Shown here: positions 1 through 12,766 of the stretch, one piece after another | Layout of the letters: each line of letters opens with the position of its first letter | Position numbering within the stretch: the first letter of the stretch is position 1 | From: Chlorokybus atmophyticus | Taxonomy: Eukaryota; Plantae; Mesostigma and Chlorokybus algae | Length of the DNA: 64,000 bases | Assembly (NCBI GenBank): GCA_009103225.1 | Contig: RHPI01002402.1 | Location: 901,412-965,411 of the forward strand | Reading direction: 5' to 3' | Translations under genes and position numbers: made by a program | Notes under the pieces: generated by a model | What the model was told of the DNA's origin: nothing | Database searches by the model: none | What the model saw: only the letters and a program-made list of their open reading frames with translations

Positions 1-626
1 GGTGACACACGCAAACCTAACCTTGGCAATCGGTTGTTGGCAAGCCCGCCAAGCTGCATGCACCATGGCACACCCTATATTTGCCTCACTCATTCACCTC
101 ACTCTCTAACCTCACCCTGTGCTCTCCTCTTAGACCTACTTCCCTGCGTGCATGTTGCTTACTCTGTACTTCACACTCTACGCTCGTGTGGGCAGGTGAA
201 TACAATCCATGCTTGCTGTATGACTGACGGGGTAGGCTAGAGTAGGCGTAGGATAGAAAGTACTAGCCCGGTGGTGAATAAAGTGTGGTTGATCCTGAGT
301 ATGAGCGTGATGCATGTCATTGACATGTGTGAGCCCACCATGCATGTCGGCATACCAGCACACCCCCTTTGTACACTATTCCATCACTCCTTAAGCTTGC
401 ACCTAGCGGTTATAGTTTGATAGTTGATAGAGCAAGCTGGAATCCGTGCACCTACCCTCCGCCAACGTGCTCGTAGGTGCATTGTGTGCGTGCAATACGT
501 GTGCGCCACTGCGGGTGCCCTATGCATGCAACCTTTGGCTGTTCGAAGACTTGGGACTCGCAACGCCACCCACTGTTGCAAATAATCACAGCACCTTCAA
601 TGACGTATCAGCGCAAGCTCTAGCCG

Positions 627-2946
627 TTATCGGTCTCTTTGTTTTGCATACGCGGCCAGCTCGCGCTTATGCCTGATTGCTAGATACCCGCGTGCTGTGG
701 ACGTTACAATGCTACCCACAAAACCCAGAAGCATGGCTGCAACGACGTAGTTCCACACCGACGCAACTGTCCAGCGCTTTGCAGGCAAGTTGTCCTGCAT
801 GGCAACGCAGTCAGTATGCCACATACAGGATCTGCACACGTGCATTGACTGGAGACGTACCTTCAACTCTGGTGGCACAGTGTACTTCTCCTTTGTGCTG
901 TCAATAAGCGCATCAATCTTGGGTAGAAGCAGCTCACCATACGGCAGTGTTGGCACAAATCTATCAAGGAAACTCTGAATGCGATGCAGCTGTGTGGCAT
1001 TGAACACCACAATCATTGCCAGCGCCTGGCAAGAGAGCACCTCAGGTCAGAACTAGGTGTTGCACATGACCGTCTACCATTGAAGCCAAGTTAGACATAT
1101 ACTCAATGAAGACGACATGCATCTAGGCATAGCTCACTTGTATATGAACTTTCACAAACGCCTTGCCAATCATTGTTGCAGAGAAGAACTTCCAGAAAGG
1201 TACTAACAAGTGCCCACATGTGATGCCCGCCAAGTCAAACAGTGGGTTCGGAACCTGTGTAAAGCAGGGCATCAGCGTCACAACACCGACCTGTGCTTGT
1301 TCTATGGCATGGGGGTGGGACAATGGACTGCACATACCGAGGCGAACAACAGGATTGTAAACCACCCAAACTGCTGCGCGTGTTGAGCGACAAAGGCCTG
1401 CGCGCGATGGAAAAGCCCCGACTTCTTTTGATGCGACAGCTCTTCAAGCTCATCCAACTCCTTCACGCGCTCACCAGACAGACGCGCTGTGCATGTGCCA
1501 AGCTAAATCCATGCGTTATTCAGCACATACCTACCAAACAGGCCAACCAACCTGCTCGAGAGACAAAGTATGGAGGAAGCTCGCCGAGTGCAGTGCCTAA
1601 GCCCCAGAGGATGGCTTCTAACTGTACCGATCTTAAAATATGGTACACAGGGATTGTGAAACAATCCCACTCTTCGCCCCAATGGGCATACTGAGGTGCG
1701 CCGAACTCCACACATCGCCGGTGCTGTGATGGGCCATGCATCAATGACATGGCTGTTGACCATGCACAAGAAGAGATGCACTGTGTTTGCCGACATCAGG
1801 CTTGTATGCATGTTCTTGCGCGCAGTTAGAAGCACACATGCACACCTGCCAAGACGCATCGGAGCCCCATTGCGCAGTGTCATACGGCGCGGACTTGAGA
1901 TCAACTCTGCCACATTGTGTCGCCTTCAAAGTGAACCGCATGATGTGCGGTCCAAGATATAGAACAAACGTGTGCAAACCAGTGCCTGCGCCCCATCACA
2001 AAGTGACGGTTAGGTCCAACATACAGGATGACAGTCTGCAGGTAGAGCATTGGTTCATTGGGTTTGCTTTGCTTGATTGCCAACTTACCCAACCCTATTG
2101 ACGATGCAACCCCAAGACCAACCCAATAAACTACAAAGCGCCCATAATAGTACGCAGTCAGAAGCGCCTGCGACGAAACAATACGATGATATACAAGCAG
2201 AGGTAGAAAACTGTACAAACGCACACATCTGCAGATAGAGTGTCAGGCTCAATGTTACCTGTTCGCGCTTGCCACCGGCTTCATATGTAACAATGCAGGT
2301 GATAATTGTCAATGTGATCGGTATCAACAACCACAAGTGCTTAGTAAGATATTGGTACGCCGCTAATAGGTTTTCCCATGTTGCCAGCGCAAAGTATTTG
2401 AGAGTTACGATGGGGCTGCGCCAAAGCCCCAAACTATCGCGCAGCTTTTGTTGCTCGGCCCGCAGTCCTGTGCAGCACAACAGTAGACCACAACTTTAGC
2501 ACAAGCTCTGCTTACAATGTGTGCCTCGACAACGCGCAACCACAACGGCTGTAGGTCGTCGTACCACCATGCCTCTCTCTTCAAGTGTTTGTGTGAAGCA
2601 GAGGGACATGAGACGAACAACTGTGCTGCAATCGCATTGACGTGCAATCTAGCATTACCTTGCGGAAACGGTACAAGCCGCTCTACGCAGATCACATTTG
2701 CACAGTGCACACACGAGAGCTAGCGTGCATGCTGGGCTCAGTCACGCGCCATGCATGCACACCACGGCGTATGACTTAAACCAGCGGGACTTTTGTTGGA
2801 ATAGATCATCCACCGATGCTTACAACCAGCAAGGGCGGAATCGACTTACTTTGCAGCCTCACGTCTACGTCGCCATTCTCCTGCTGCTGCCTCTGCTGCC
2901 CATCTGCGCCCTTTTTGCTAGCAGCGCTGCGATCGCGCACGCTCAT
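627..2946 (-). CDS. VMP1: Vacuole membrane protein 1 (VMP1/KMS1, DedA/VTT family), multi-exon
   Basis: Exon peptides match VMP1: [89 protein letters not shown] at 2946 ([12 protein letters not shown]...) joins in frame through a GTAAGT...CAG intron (2468-2849) to [12 protein letters not shown] at 627-629. Confidence 0.9.
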
Positions 2947-3672
2947 TGCACACTAGTTGTGTTCTCTCCGGCCGCACAGCTCAAACTAAGTACTCCACCT
3001 AGGTTGCCGCCCACACCAACCACAACCACCACGAGCCAGCAGCAAGCTTCACTTTGCAGCAGTCTCCAACCACCCTCACCAACAACAACCCCTAAAGCGC
3101 GAAACACACGACCCTACGCAAGGCGCTCCTGTGTGCCTGTCCACGTCGTGGTACTCGGCGGCGGCGGCGGTGGCAGCGCCAGCTACAGCGAGCCGCCGAC
3201 GACAGCTACAAGTAGCAGAGCAAAGAGGACCAACCTTAAGAAAAGCAGGCAGAAGCGAACCTCAGCATGATGCGGCAAATTTTATCGCACAATTCCACCG
3301 GGCAGAGCGAAGCGTTGCTGTGAGCGAGATCCGGATTCGTCAAACTGGTCGGCTGAATCCGGAATACATTTAGGGCTAGTGTCTAACTCGCCCTCCGAAA
3401 TGGCCGAGGCGTGGGCGTTCAGGGCGGTGGTGGCGGCGGCGGCGGTTGCTCTGGGTTGGTGACTGGCTGATGTGGACTACAGCCCACCCGTGCAACTATT
3501 TGAGTGTCTTGCGTTGAGGTTGTTTTCAGCTGAGGGTCTGACGCTCACGTCTTCATCGAGCTGATTGCACTGCAGGTAATTGCAGCCACTGCTCCGGGAC
3601 TTTGGGTGTTGATGTAGGCTAAGATGTCGTGGTGAGGGTTGGTTAGTAGCAGCGCCATGCTTGGAAGTTGCC

Positions 3673-6600
3673 ATGTCTGTGAACCGGGTGCGCCTGGAGG
3701 TTGCGGTGGACTTGTCCCTACGCCAGCTCCGGGGCACAGTCGAATGGGAGCTACCAGCAAGCACAGCGTTTCCTTTACCTGTTTACCTTGTGCCACCTGC
3801 GGAGGTCCATGGCATCCTCCTTGATGGCAAGGCCGTTCTTCCTAGGGAGGATGGTGCTACAGCAATCACTGGTCCAGCACGCGCGGATCCAGTGAGCTCA
3901 GCGATTGCAGCAGCAGACGCATCCCGTGCAGCTTATGCGGCATGGCTGCGGCTGAGAAAGACGCCTCGGCTGCAAGTACAGCCTCTGGAAACAGTCAAGC
4001 TTCCCACAACCGAAGGGCAAGAGGCAGCTGACGCCCCTGCAGCCACAACCAAACCACTACAGGTAAATCGCTTTGCGCAATGCATGCGTAAGGGAGGCTT
4101 CATACATGCAGTCATGTTCGTGTTTAATTTGCGACCCAACGTACAGAATAGTGTATACAGACTGTCTAACGCACTTGCAGTTCGCTCTTGGCAATCGGGA
4201 CATGCAAACATGCGCTCTTGTGTTGTAAACCTCTAAAAAGTGCAGTTTACAAGTACAGGTATACGAGTACACATAATGCTGTTTGTGTAAGGATGACTTG
4301 GCCAAAGTGTCATGAACCTGTATACCAACAAATGTAAGCGTGTTACACGATTGTCCTGAATTGCCATGATACTGGAACATTGCCAGATGCGTACATCTGT
4401 AAAAAGTTTCAAGCGCAATCGCGCTATTGCGCTTGACCCATTACATCTGCAGATAGACTTTGGGATGCCAGTGCAAGGCATGCGCTTGGACGCTGAAGCA
4501 ATGCTTGCAGCAGGCCCGTGGTTTCCCATGCCAGTTTTGCCAACTGGTGCTCTCCTGATTCCAGCGCTGGAACTGGCCATCACCACTGGAGCACAACACA
4601 CTGTTCTCGCGCCTGGTACTTTGGTGTCGCGGTCGGCAGTTGACGCAGCTGGCACGTTGCACTGCTGGCGGTTCCGTGTGAACCATGGATTGCTAGCATC
4701 TGACGTCACACTAGTAGTGGGTAGTCTTTTGGTGCAGCGCTTGCCAATTTCGGGCCAACGTACAGTTGTAACCGCCTGCCCTGTCCACCGTGAGAGCCTT
4801 CTGGCACCCTCAACATCTTTCCTCCCGGCAATGCTGCAGTGAGTGCGTTGCTTTCTTGTTCAATTTTGTGACATCAAGGCAGCTTGCACAGGATCTCCTC
4901 AATGGGTATGGTCAACTTGTTTGGTTCCTCGTGCAGGTTTTTTGAGGAGTTTTTGGCATCACCTTTCCCTGTACAGTACTTCTGCCAGGCTTTTTTGCCT
5001 CCAGCACTTCTTCGTGGTGTCACGGCTGCTGTATCGTTGGGTTTGAGCCTGTTTTCAGATGAAGCAATGTCAGTACCTGGATCGGTTCAGCGTGCCATGG
5101 ATGCTAGGTGCGTGGCAGCAGAGTGCTTCAGCCAGCAGGTGTTCGGGCAATACATCTACCCGGAGACGCCAGCGGACGAGTGGGTTACAGTCGGGCTTGC
5201 AGAGTTCTTGACTGGGATGTACATTCGGCACATGTTTGGGAACAACGAGCTTGCATGGCGACGACAGCAACAGTACACAGCTATCTGTGCTGCTGATGGT
5301 GCGGGTGACTTGGCGGCACTGCGAGAGAAAGGCAGAACTTCTGATATACTTCCCGGCGAACGGGGTCCAGTGTGGCAGTGGAAGGCAGCAGCTGTCATGC
5401 ACATGCTGGAGCGCCGTATGCAACCGGATAATTTCAAAAGGCTGATGCAGCGGTTGCTGGCTGATGCTAAAAGCGGTCAGCGCATTGTGTCAACACGATC
5501 GTTCCTGCGCCTGGTAGTGCATATGGGCGGCTTGAATTCCAAAGATCTGAAGGACCTGGTGGCGGCGTGGATTGACGGCCGTGGCTGCCCGCGCCTCTAT
5601 ATGGCAGTGGCATACCATTCCAAACGTTCTGTTCTTGAAGTGGCCATGAGCCAGGTAAGGTGTTGTTCTACAGGTACATGTAAGAATGCAGAGTCTTTTG
5701 ACTGACCTGCATTTTCCATGCGCAGGAAGTAGCTGCTGGGGGACCGCGTGAATCTGTAGCAGCTTTGACCGGATGGGTGCCAGCTATCACGCTTCGTGTG
5801 CATGATGCTGAGGGTTTTCACGATCAGCCCGTTACGCTCCCTGATTATGGGTTCAATATCGTTGAAATTCCTTGCAAGGGCAAGCCACTCAAGACTGGGC
5901 CAAAGCCACGCTCACGCAGCGCCCCAGCGGCAACGGCAACGGCTGCGGAGGAGTCTTCAACAGTTGAGCGCGATTGTCCAATACAGTGGGTGCGCGTTGA
6001 CCCAGAGTGCGATTGGCCCTTGCTCATACTGGAAGCCGTGCAGCCTGAGCGCATGTGGGCCAACCAACTGGAACGAGAGCGTGATGTCATTGGGCAATCC
6101 TTGGCCATTGAAGCTCTCAAGGCGTTGGCAACAACCCGCCCCTCTTATGCCGCTGCCAATGCCCTTCATGCATGTCTGCAAGACTCAAAAGTGTTCTGTC
6201 GCATCCGAGGTGAAGCTGCGTTTGCCCTTGGGCGGACAGCCTCAGCAAAGATTGCGTACTTGGGGCGCGATCTCCTGATGAAGTTCTTCCGCGAGCGCTG
6301 TTTTGACACAACCGGGGTAGGTCAAGTATTGCCGGAAGATGCAGCTGATTTGGCAGAGTACTTCGTAAACTTGAACCTGCCATCGGGGCTGGCAGCGATA
6401 CGTACTGAGGACGGATATAGCGACCCTGAGGTCATTGACGCTCTGCTTGACCTCCTGGAGTACAATGATGGTGGCACCTCAGCGGACAACAGCATGCTGT
6501 CCGCCACCTTAGACGCTCTCGGGTCAACAAGGCCTCGTGATCCTACACAGCTTCTGCGTGCGATTGATGCCATTGAGCGCTGCATTATGCTGGATCGTGT

Positions 6601-8777
6601 GCTGCCTTCCTTCCAGAACAGCATCCTATCAACAGCACTGAAGTCTTTGGCCTCCCTGTCTACCAATCGCATATCTTTGGCACGTCATCGTCATCGGGAT
6701 GCTTTGGCAGAGTTTCTAGCCCAGTACTGTGTACCCAAACAGCTGCCTGCAGTGCGCTTGGCAGCGGCCTGTGGTATTGTCCAGCTGCAGGCACGCATTA
6801 AAGGGCTCGATGCTGCCATAGCACATGGAGTAGGGCTGGCTGCACAAGAATCTTCCATTCATGTGCGCGTGCAGCTGTTGGACTACATTGCTGTGCAGTT
6901 AGCAGCTTCAGACCAGCGAGGCCTTCTTGATGATGGTGTGGCTCAGAATGCGTTGGGCGTTTTGAGCCAATGGGCTGCTGGAAATGAAGGTGTAGAGAGC
7001 ACTCCCCTGCAGCACAAGGCGTATGTGCTATTGCAGCGGCTTGCCGCTAAGCCTGTGGTATACACGCTGCTCGAGCAGAGCAAGCCAGAACCACAGCCCA
7101 AAGCCAGTGAAGCAACTGCTGCAGAACCATCTCGAGCGTTTTCGGACGAAGTTGCAACCTTGCAACGAGCAAGCTCGGATGTCAATTCCCTTCCAAAGCG
7201 CTTGCCTGTAGTGAAAAAGGAGTACAGCGAGGAAGAAAACAAGCTTCCACAAGCTGTACAGGCAGCGCTGGTTGATGCACATGCGGCCCGAAAGCCCACA
7301 TTTGATGCAGAGGCTGCCAAGGCTGCTTTGCGCATTCGGCCATCCTCTAGCCTGTCACCTCAACCAGAATTGGAAGCTACTACGCCTGCTGTTGCCGAGG
7401 TTGTTGCAACGCCAGAAACCAAGCCTTCCGGTTTAAAACTGAAATTTCGGGTGGGAGGCACACCCTCCGCCAGCGCTGCTGGTGCACTTACATCGTCGGG
7501 TAGTACGCTGCGGCACGCTGGCGATGCCGCCGCAGACAGCACTGTCGACATGCCTGCGAGAAAGACATGTAACAAACAGCTGACAACACAAACGCCGCCA
7601 TCTTCATATAGTGAGTGTCATACTAACACCACTGCACTATGCGTATGTTTTGCATACATTCTGTTGACCCTGGCTTGGCGTTGGTGTGGCTTGACTGTAA
7701 ATTGTTTTGGCCACAGGCAAGGCAAATATGTTGGAAGCAACTGCATCAAACGCTGCTGCACAGCTCCTCAGCAGCCAGGATATGCCGCCTATCAAGCAAG
7801 TGAAGGTTGAGTTTCCTGTGGTTATACCTGGGCCTGCACAGGAGGCGACGATTGCTGCAGGCATGGAGGAAGGTGAAATTGCAGATGACATGGAGACTGC
7901 ACCTGAAGCCACACACGCTCCTGAAGTCACAGAGAACCCAGTGTCCATGCCCAATGGCAGTTTGCCTGAAGTCCCACCTGTGACTCAAAAAGGTGCAGAA
8001 AGCACTCCAGTGCAAGCACAAGAAGAGCGGCGTGCCCGCAAGCTGGAAAAGCGTAGGCTCAAGGACGAAAAGCGTCAGTTGAAAAAACTCCGCAAAGGAC
8101 ATGCCCAAGCTGCCGACGAAACTGCGCCTGATAAGCGAGCAGCTTCGCCTCCCTCCAATGCAACCAGATCTGATGATGGCTTGCGACCATCAACCTCAGC
8201 GCAAAAGCCACGGTCCCTTAATGCTTCTATAAAGCGCAGCGCACAGAAGGCAGCCGGCCCAGTCATGAGCACGCACAGTGAGCAGCAGCCGACAGAAGCG
8301 TCTCGCGCGCGAGGCCTGCCGATAAAGGAGGAGTTTTCACTGGAGTTGACCAGCCCAGCACGGACGCCAATAGTGCCAGAAGCATTACCTTCACAAAAAC
8401 CATCAAGCAAGTTGCGAGTGGTGTTGCGGCCTGCGCAAGCTGATACAGCCTCTGAACAAACAGCCAACCTGCCTCCAAAGCCTGTGCCTCAAGGAGCCAA
8501 CTTGCCAAGGTTGAAAATCAAGTTGCCTGTCCCTGCACATCAACCATCACCAGCAGCAGCAGCACCTGAGGCACGCTCAGAACCAGGAGAAGGTGACCGC
8601 AAAGTGGACAAGGAGGAGCGCAAGAGGCTCAAGAAGTTGCAGAAAGAACAGCGACGTGGGCGGGAAGGGCAATCGAGTTTGAACCTTTCAGGCAGTCTCG
8701 AGGGCATAGGTGACAATGCGGTCAGTTCGGATGCTGATCCCAGAAGAAAATCTGCTAAGCGGTCCCGTCACATCTGA
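3673..8777 (+). CDS. TAF2: TFIID subunit 2 (TAF2): M1-aminopeptidase-like fold plus long low-complexity basic C-terminal tail
   Basis: TAF2 motifs DEWVTVGLAEFLTGMYIRHMFGNNELAWRR, PIQWVRVDPECDW...QPERMWANQLERERDVIGQSLAI and VFCRIRGEAAFALG. GT-AG introns near 4063-4452, 4839-4936, 5656-5725 and 7612-7716. Start codon is a best guess. TGA at 8775-8777. Confidence 0.88.
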
Positions 8778-8813
8778 GTGTTGCAGTAGGTGGGCTTAGC
8801 GTTCTGTACAGTC

Positions 8814-8849
8814 ATACGCATGCGCAACTTAAAGGTTGCGCATGCGTAT
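8814..8849. repeat. Perfect inverted repeat, 15-bp stem and 6-nt loop, in TAF2 3' region
   Basis: ATACGCATGCGCAAC-ttaaag-GTTGCGCATGCGTAT read directly. Confidence 0.9.
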
Positions 8850-8879
8850 AATGAGGGTGCTTGTTGATTGCCCTGCATT

Positions 8880-10500
8880 TGGTGCGGTAGCTGGAGGCGT
8901 TCGTGCAGCCAGTAGTACGACCGCTGTTGGTGCAGTGGCATCCACTTCTGCTTTTGGCGGGTTCAGCTCTGCCTCACGTTATCTGTTCTAGCAATCAATG
9001 CTGCCGCCTCCACGCCTATGTTTGATGCAGCCAGGAGTGCGCCTTTCGACGCAGCTGCCACACCGACAGTATGCTTTCAAGCTGCAGCGAGCGGGTTTCT
9101 TTTTTCGGGGCCGCGGTAATGCTGGCAACTGCAGCTTGCTGGTCATGCGTTCGGGGCATCGACACCCTTCAGTGTTGCATCGATCCCTGCGTTTGGCGCT
9201 GCATCCATTCCCGCAGCATTTACACCTCCACTTGGCGTAGTGTTGGGTGCTCCGACAACTGCAACATTTGGAGCTGCTTCTACGCCAACATGTGTGTAAG
9301 TTTCGGAGCATCCTCTGCCCCTGCATTTGGCGCGACGTCTGCACCTGCATCTCAGCACCCTCCGCGCCTGCTGCAGCAGCATCCTCGCCATTTGCCGCCA
9401 CTGGACAGCACACAGCATCCCAGTTGGCACCGGCTTCAGCTCCTACATCCGCGCCCTCAGCGTTCTCCCTGACTAGCAGCAAAGCAGCAGCGAGTTCTGC
9501 CGCCGCAGTCACGCACGCAGCTGCCCGCGCCCCNGGCTCTTTGGGCACGTAGGGTTGTCCTCTGCGCTCGGCCATCTCTCGCTCCAGCGTCCACGTGGGG
9601 TCTTGAGCCAGCTTCTCCTGCTTGTACTTGCGGAAGCTATCTGCGCGGGCGTCGTAGGCGTCCTCCGAGATGCGGTACTTTTCCACGAGGGTTAGGTCCT
9701 CCAGCTGCCTGTTGGCGGAGACGGAGTTGGGGTCCATGTCCTCCACGTGGAGGGTGTCGCCCTCCTTCAGCAAAGCGCCCGCCTTCAGCGGCCTGAGTTT
9801 GAGACCATCACTGCCAAGGCCGCCACACAAGGTTAGTTGCATGCCAGTCTTCTAGCAAAGTCGTAACACGTCATGTGGTAACATAGCAGCTGTGGCAGGT
9901 ACTACTTCAGCGCCTCTGTCATCCGGAGCAACACCAGCATCTTCCTTTACAGCAAGTGGCCTCATTGCCAGCTGCGGGTGCGTGTCCATAGCAGGCGGCT
10001 TGCCTTTGGGTTGGTTTTGATGGCACCAACATCGCCTTCATGGACGCTGATTCCGTCGCCGTCGCATCGCCCGTGTTCTCTTTTGCGAGCTTTGGCGCGG
10101 CAACGGCAACCAGCACATCTGCAAGCATGCCAGGTAGGCATCCGCTGTGTCTTGCTTGATGTTGAGCACAACTTACTTGTTAGCTTGAAGAGTACAACAT
10201 GGTAGCGACTTATGCTGTGGTCAGCATTTTTATTCCTTTTTCTTTTTGTTGCAGCCGTACCGAGCTCAAGTGCCAGCCCGTTCTGTGCCCGCAGCAGGCA
10301 GTGGAGCCGCCCAGTTGTCTTTGGCAGCGCCGTCCGCAGCAGCAGCGGCGGAGACCTATACCGCCGCCGTTGGTGGCGCCACCGCCAGTGCAACTCATCA
10401 GGCCGGAACTGCATTCTGCATGTCCACAACAGCAGCATTTGGCAGAGCTCATCTGCAGCGGGCGCATGGCTTCGTTCTAGACTGGCACAAGTTGACTTGT
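8880..10500 (+). pseudogene. Degenerate Ala/Ser/Pro/Thr-rich FG-repeat (nucleoporin-like) relic
   Basis: FG-type peptides scattered over different frames (STSAFGGFSS, IPAFGAASIP, TFGAASTP, SFGASSAPAFGATSAP, SPVFSFASFGAATAT), with stops, frameshifts and intron-like GT..AG segments. No Nsp1/Nup62 coiled coil recognised. Confidence 0.4.
9535..9761 (-). repeat. 227-bp exact copy of TBCB exon 1 (identical to 15366-15592)
   Basis: Base-by-base identity with 15366-15592. Starts immediately after a single N at 9534. Confidence 0.93.
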
Positions 10501-11407
10501 GCACATTCTGTACAAGAGATGGTATGCTAGATTGAGCACATGCAGTGTGCATGTGTACAGCAAAGCATTTTAAAGGCTGGCCGTTCAGTTCAGTGCAACC
10601 AGCTCTGGTAACATGGCTGCCTGCCACCTCTGGGCTTCTCTCCATAGCATTTGCGCTTGCCAAATGTTTTTACCAGTGTGTTGAACTCCTGTTTACACGC
10701 ATGCCTCAAATTGTACACAACCGCATGCACAATCAACTCGCCACCAGCCAGGTGTAAGAGACAGACAACATGTAGAGCGCCAGCCTGGGGCAACATAAAC
10801 AGGATTTCTTCATGGGCATTCGGCTGTTTCTGCCATGGTAACAAACTATCTGGCGCTTTCCTGTGCTGTAACTTCAACTTTTTGAGACCATTGAGTTAGT
10901 TATTGCCACGTTTGTCACCTTGGTATTGGAAGGCTGTACAACTTGATTCTACAAGACGCTCAGCGTTAACAGTGCAATGCTTGCGTGCGAGCAGGGCCTC
11001 GTTCACTAGGCTTGTCCAATGTGCCTCGTACTAGGGGATTATTACTTGCGATGCATGCCTGTCTTTACCTGAAGCATGTGCACACAGCCGGCTTGCACGT
11101 GCGTGCATGTTGCATCTGTCGTACGCGACGCAACTTGTGACGCACGGAGTGGTGACCGGCCATGTCCCAACTCACCAACCAACCCTGTATGCGCCGCCCC
11201 AACAATGGGTGATAGAGGCACTGCGTAAGCTTCTGCCTACACCACAACCGCTGCGTGGGGCATGGCAGCATTAACCAACAGCAGAGATCAACCAGTCCGA
11301 CTCCATGTTTTACAATTGCCACGCCAGCAGATACCAAAGCAACACTTTACTTTATCAACGCTAGTCTCCAGATGATGGCGCATACAACACGGCAGCAAGA
11401 TGATCTT

Positions 11408-12766
11408 CTACTCAATCAACGATGGGTTGACGAGAGCATCATAGCCAAGAAAGTGCGGTATCAGAAAGTCCATCACTGTGCGAAGAATGTGTATGTCGGA
11501 GCGACTGAGCGGCACCATTATTCTCTCGTTCACATTGTCACGCGGATCCACAACAGAAAGGTTGAGGTAAAACGACCCGTCGCCTTGAGCCGGGTCCAGC
11601 TGCCAGCAACAAAGTGATGGGCGACTGAAGAATATTATACCAAGGGTGGCTCACACTCAGCCCTGCAACCCACTAGTGTGCAACCGGCTGATAACCACAC
11701 AGGCACGCACCTTCAGTGTCTTGCGTACAGCGCCTTCGTCTGACTGCCCTTTGTTCGGATCGTGATAGAACTGTACACCCGTGTTTGCGAGCGAAGCAGC
11801 AGAAAGCTCTGCCATCTCACTGCACAACAAATCTTGAAATTGGCTTGCATGCACACATGAGGTACGTTAAATTCATGCAAGCGCAATTGAATTGCATGAA
11901 TTGCATGAATTGAATGAATTGAATGGAACTCTTTGCTTCTGATGTACATGCGAGCTGCCTGTTGCAGATTTAGCAGCTGCTTGCCTTGAAAGGCATTGTT
12001 ACACCTAATCTACGCATATATGGGTTGCTTGTAAAACGATGGCAACTTCAAGAGCAACTCAAATATTATTGCAGAGGTAAACGGGAAGAGCGTGTGCAGA
12101 GTCCCAATATTGCATTGCATTTGCATGGGATTTGTGGATGCACACAGTTGCATGCATCATTCCGTCGTCGAGCCCCTCCACACATGCATGCAAACAAAAC
12201 CACAATCGCAGCTTGGACAGCAATAACTAGCATTGATGTGCATGCAAGGCAACAAGCTTGCATGCAACCGGAACATGCAAGCCTGCAGAGCTTGGTGCTG
12301 CGCGGTTGTACCTTGTGGAGAGTGCGAAGGTCTGTTTTTTTGCCCAGTCGTACTTCTGCGGGGCGGCAGCGCTGGCAAACTCCAGCAGTAGTGCGCCCTC
12401 CCTGTCTAAGCTGAAGCCTGCACCCGCCTCACTGTCCACACGGGTCCACGAGGGCTTGATCGCCTTGACGGCAAGTGCCCCGCGGCCCTTGTACACCGTC
12501 CAGCCGTTAAACACCCTCCGCTGCTGCTGCTGCTGCTGCTGGTACGCCCCCGCCGACGACGATGACGACGACCCTCTCACCGCCGCCCCTGTTGCGGCCG
12601 CCCTCGCCTGCGCCGGCCTGAACGTTGCGCTGGAGGAGGGCTTGCCCTGTGGCGGTGACGCCACCAGCGAACGCAGAGCATTCTGCTTCCCACCCGCCGC
12701 TCCTACGAGCTGCTTGCCAACCCGCACCCTCAGACCGCCCACCGCCACCGCTGCCGCCGCCGCCAT
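11408..12766 (-). CDS. WHY: Whirly ssDNA-binding protein, organelle-targeted, 3 exons
   Basis: Ala/Ser/Arg-rich transit-like N-terminus, then WTVYKGRGAL (KGKAAL motif), YDWAKKQTFALS|EMAEL...FYHDPNKGQSDEGAVRKTLK|...FYLNLSVVD...ERIMVPLSRSDIHILRTVMDFLIPHFLGYD. TAG at 11408-11410. Confidence 0.9.
11887..11925. repeat. Short 9-bp tandem repeat (TGAATTGC/AA) in Whirly intron 1
   Basis: ttgaattgcatgaattgcatgaattgaatgaattgaatg read directly. Confidence 0.8.

Noticed and set aside
3131-3465. Short ORFs upstream of TAF2
   Set aside because: No recognisable family; they lie in the VMP1/TAF2 divergent spacer and are likely UTR or uORF.
8988-9842. 284-aa ORF as a second TBCB gene
   Set aside because: Only 227 bp match TBCB; the rest is antisense to the FG-like relic and spans an N.
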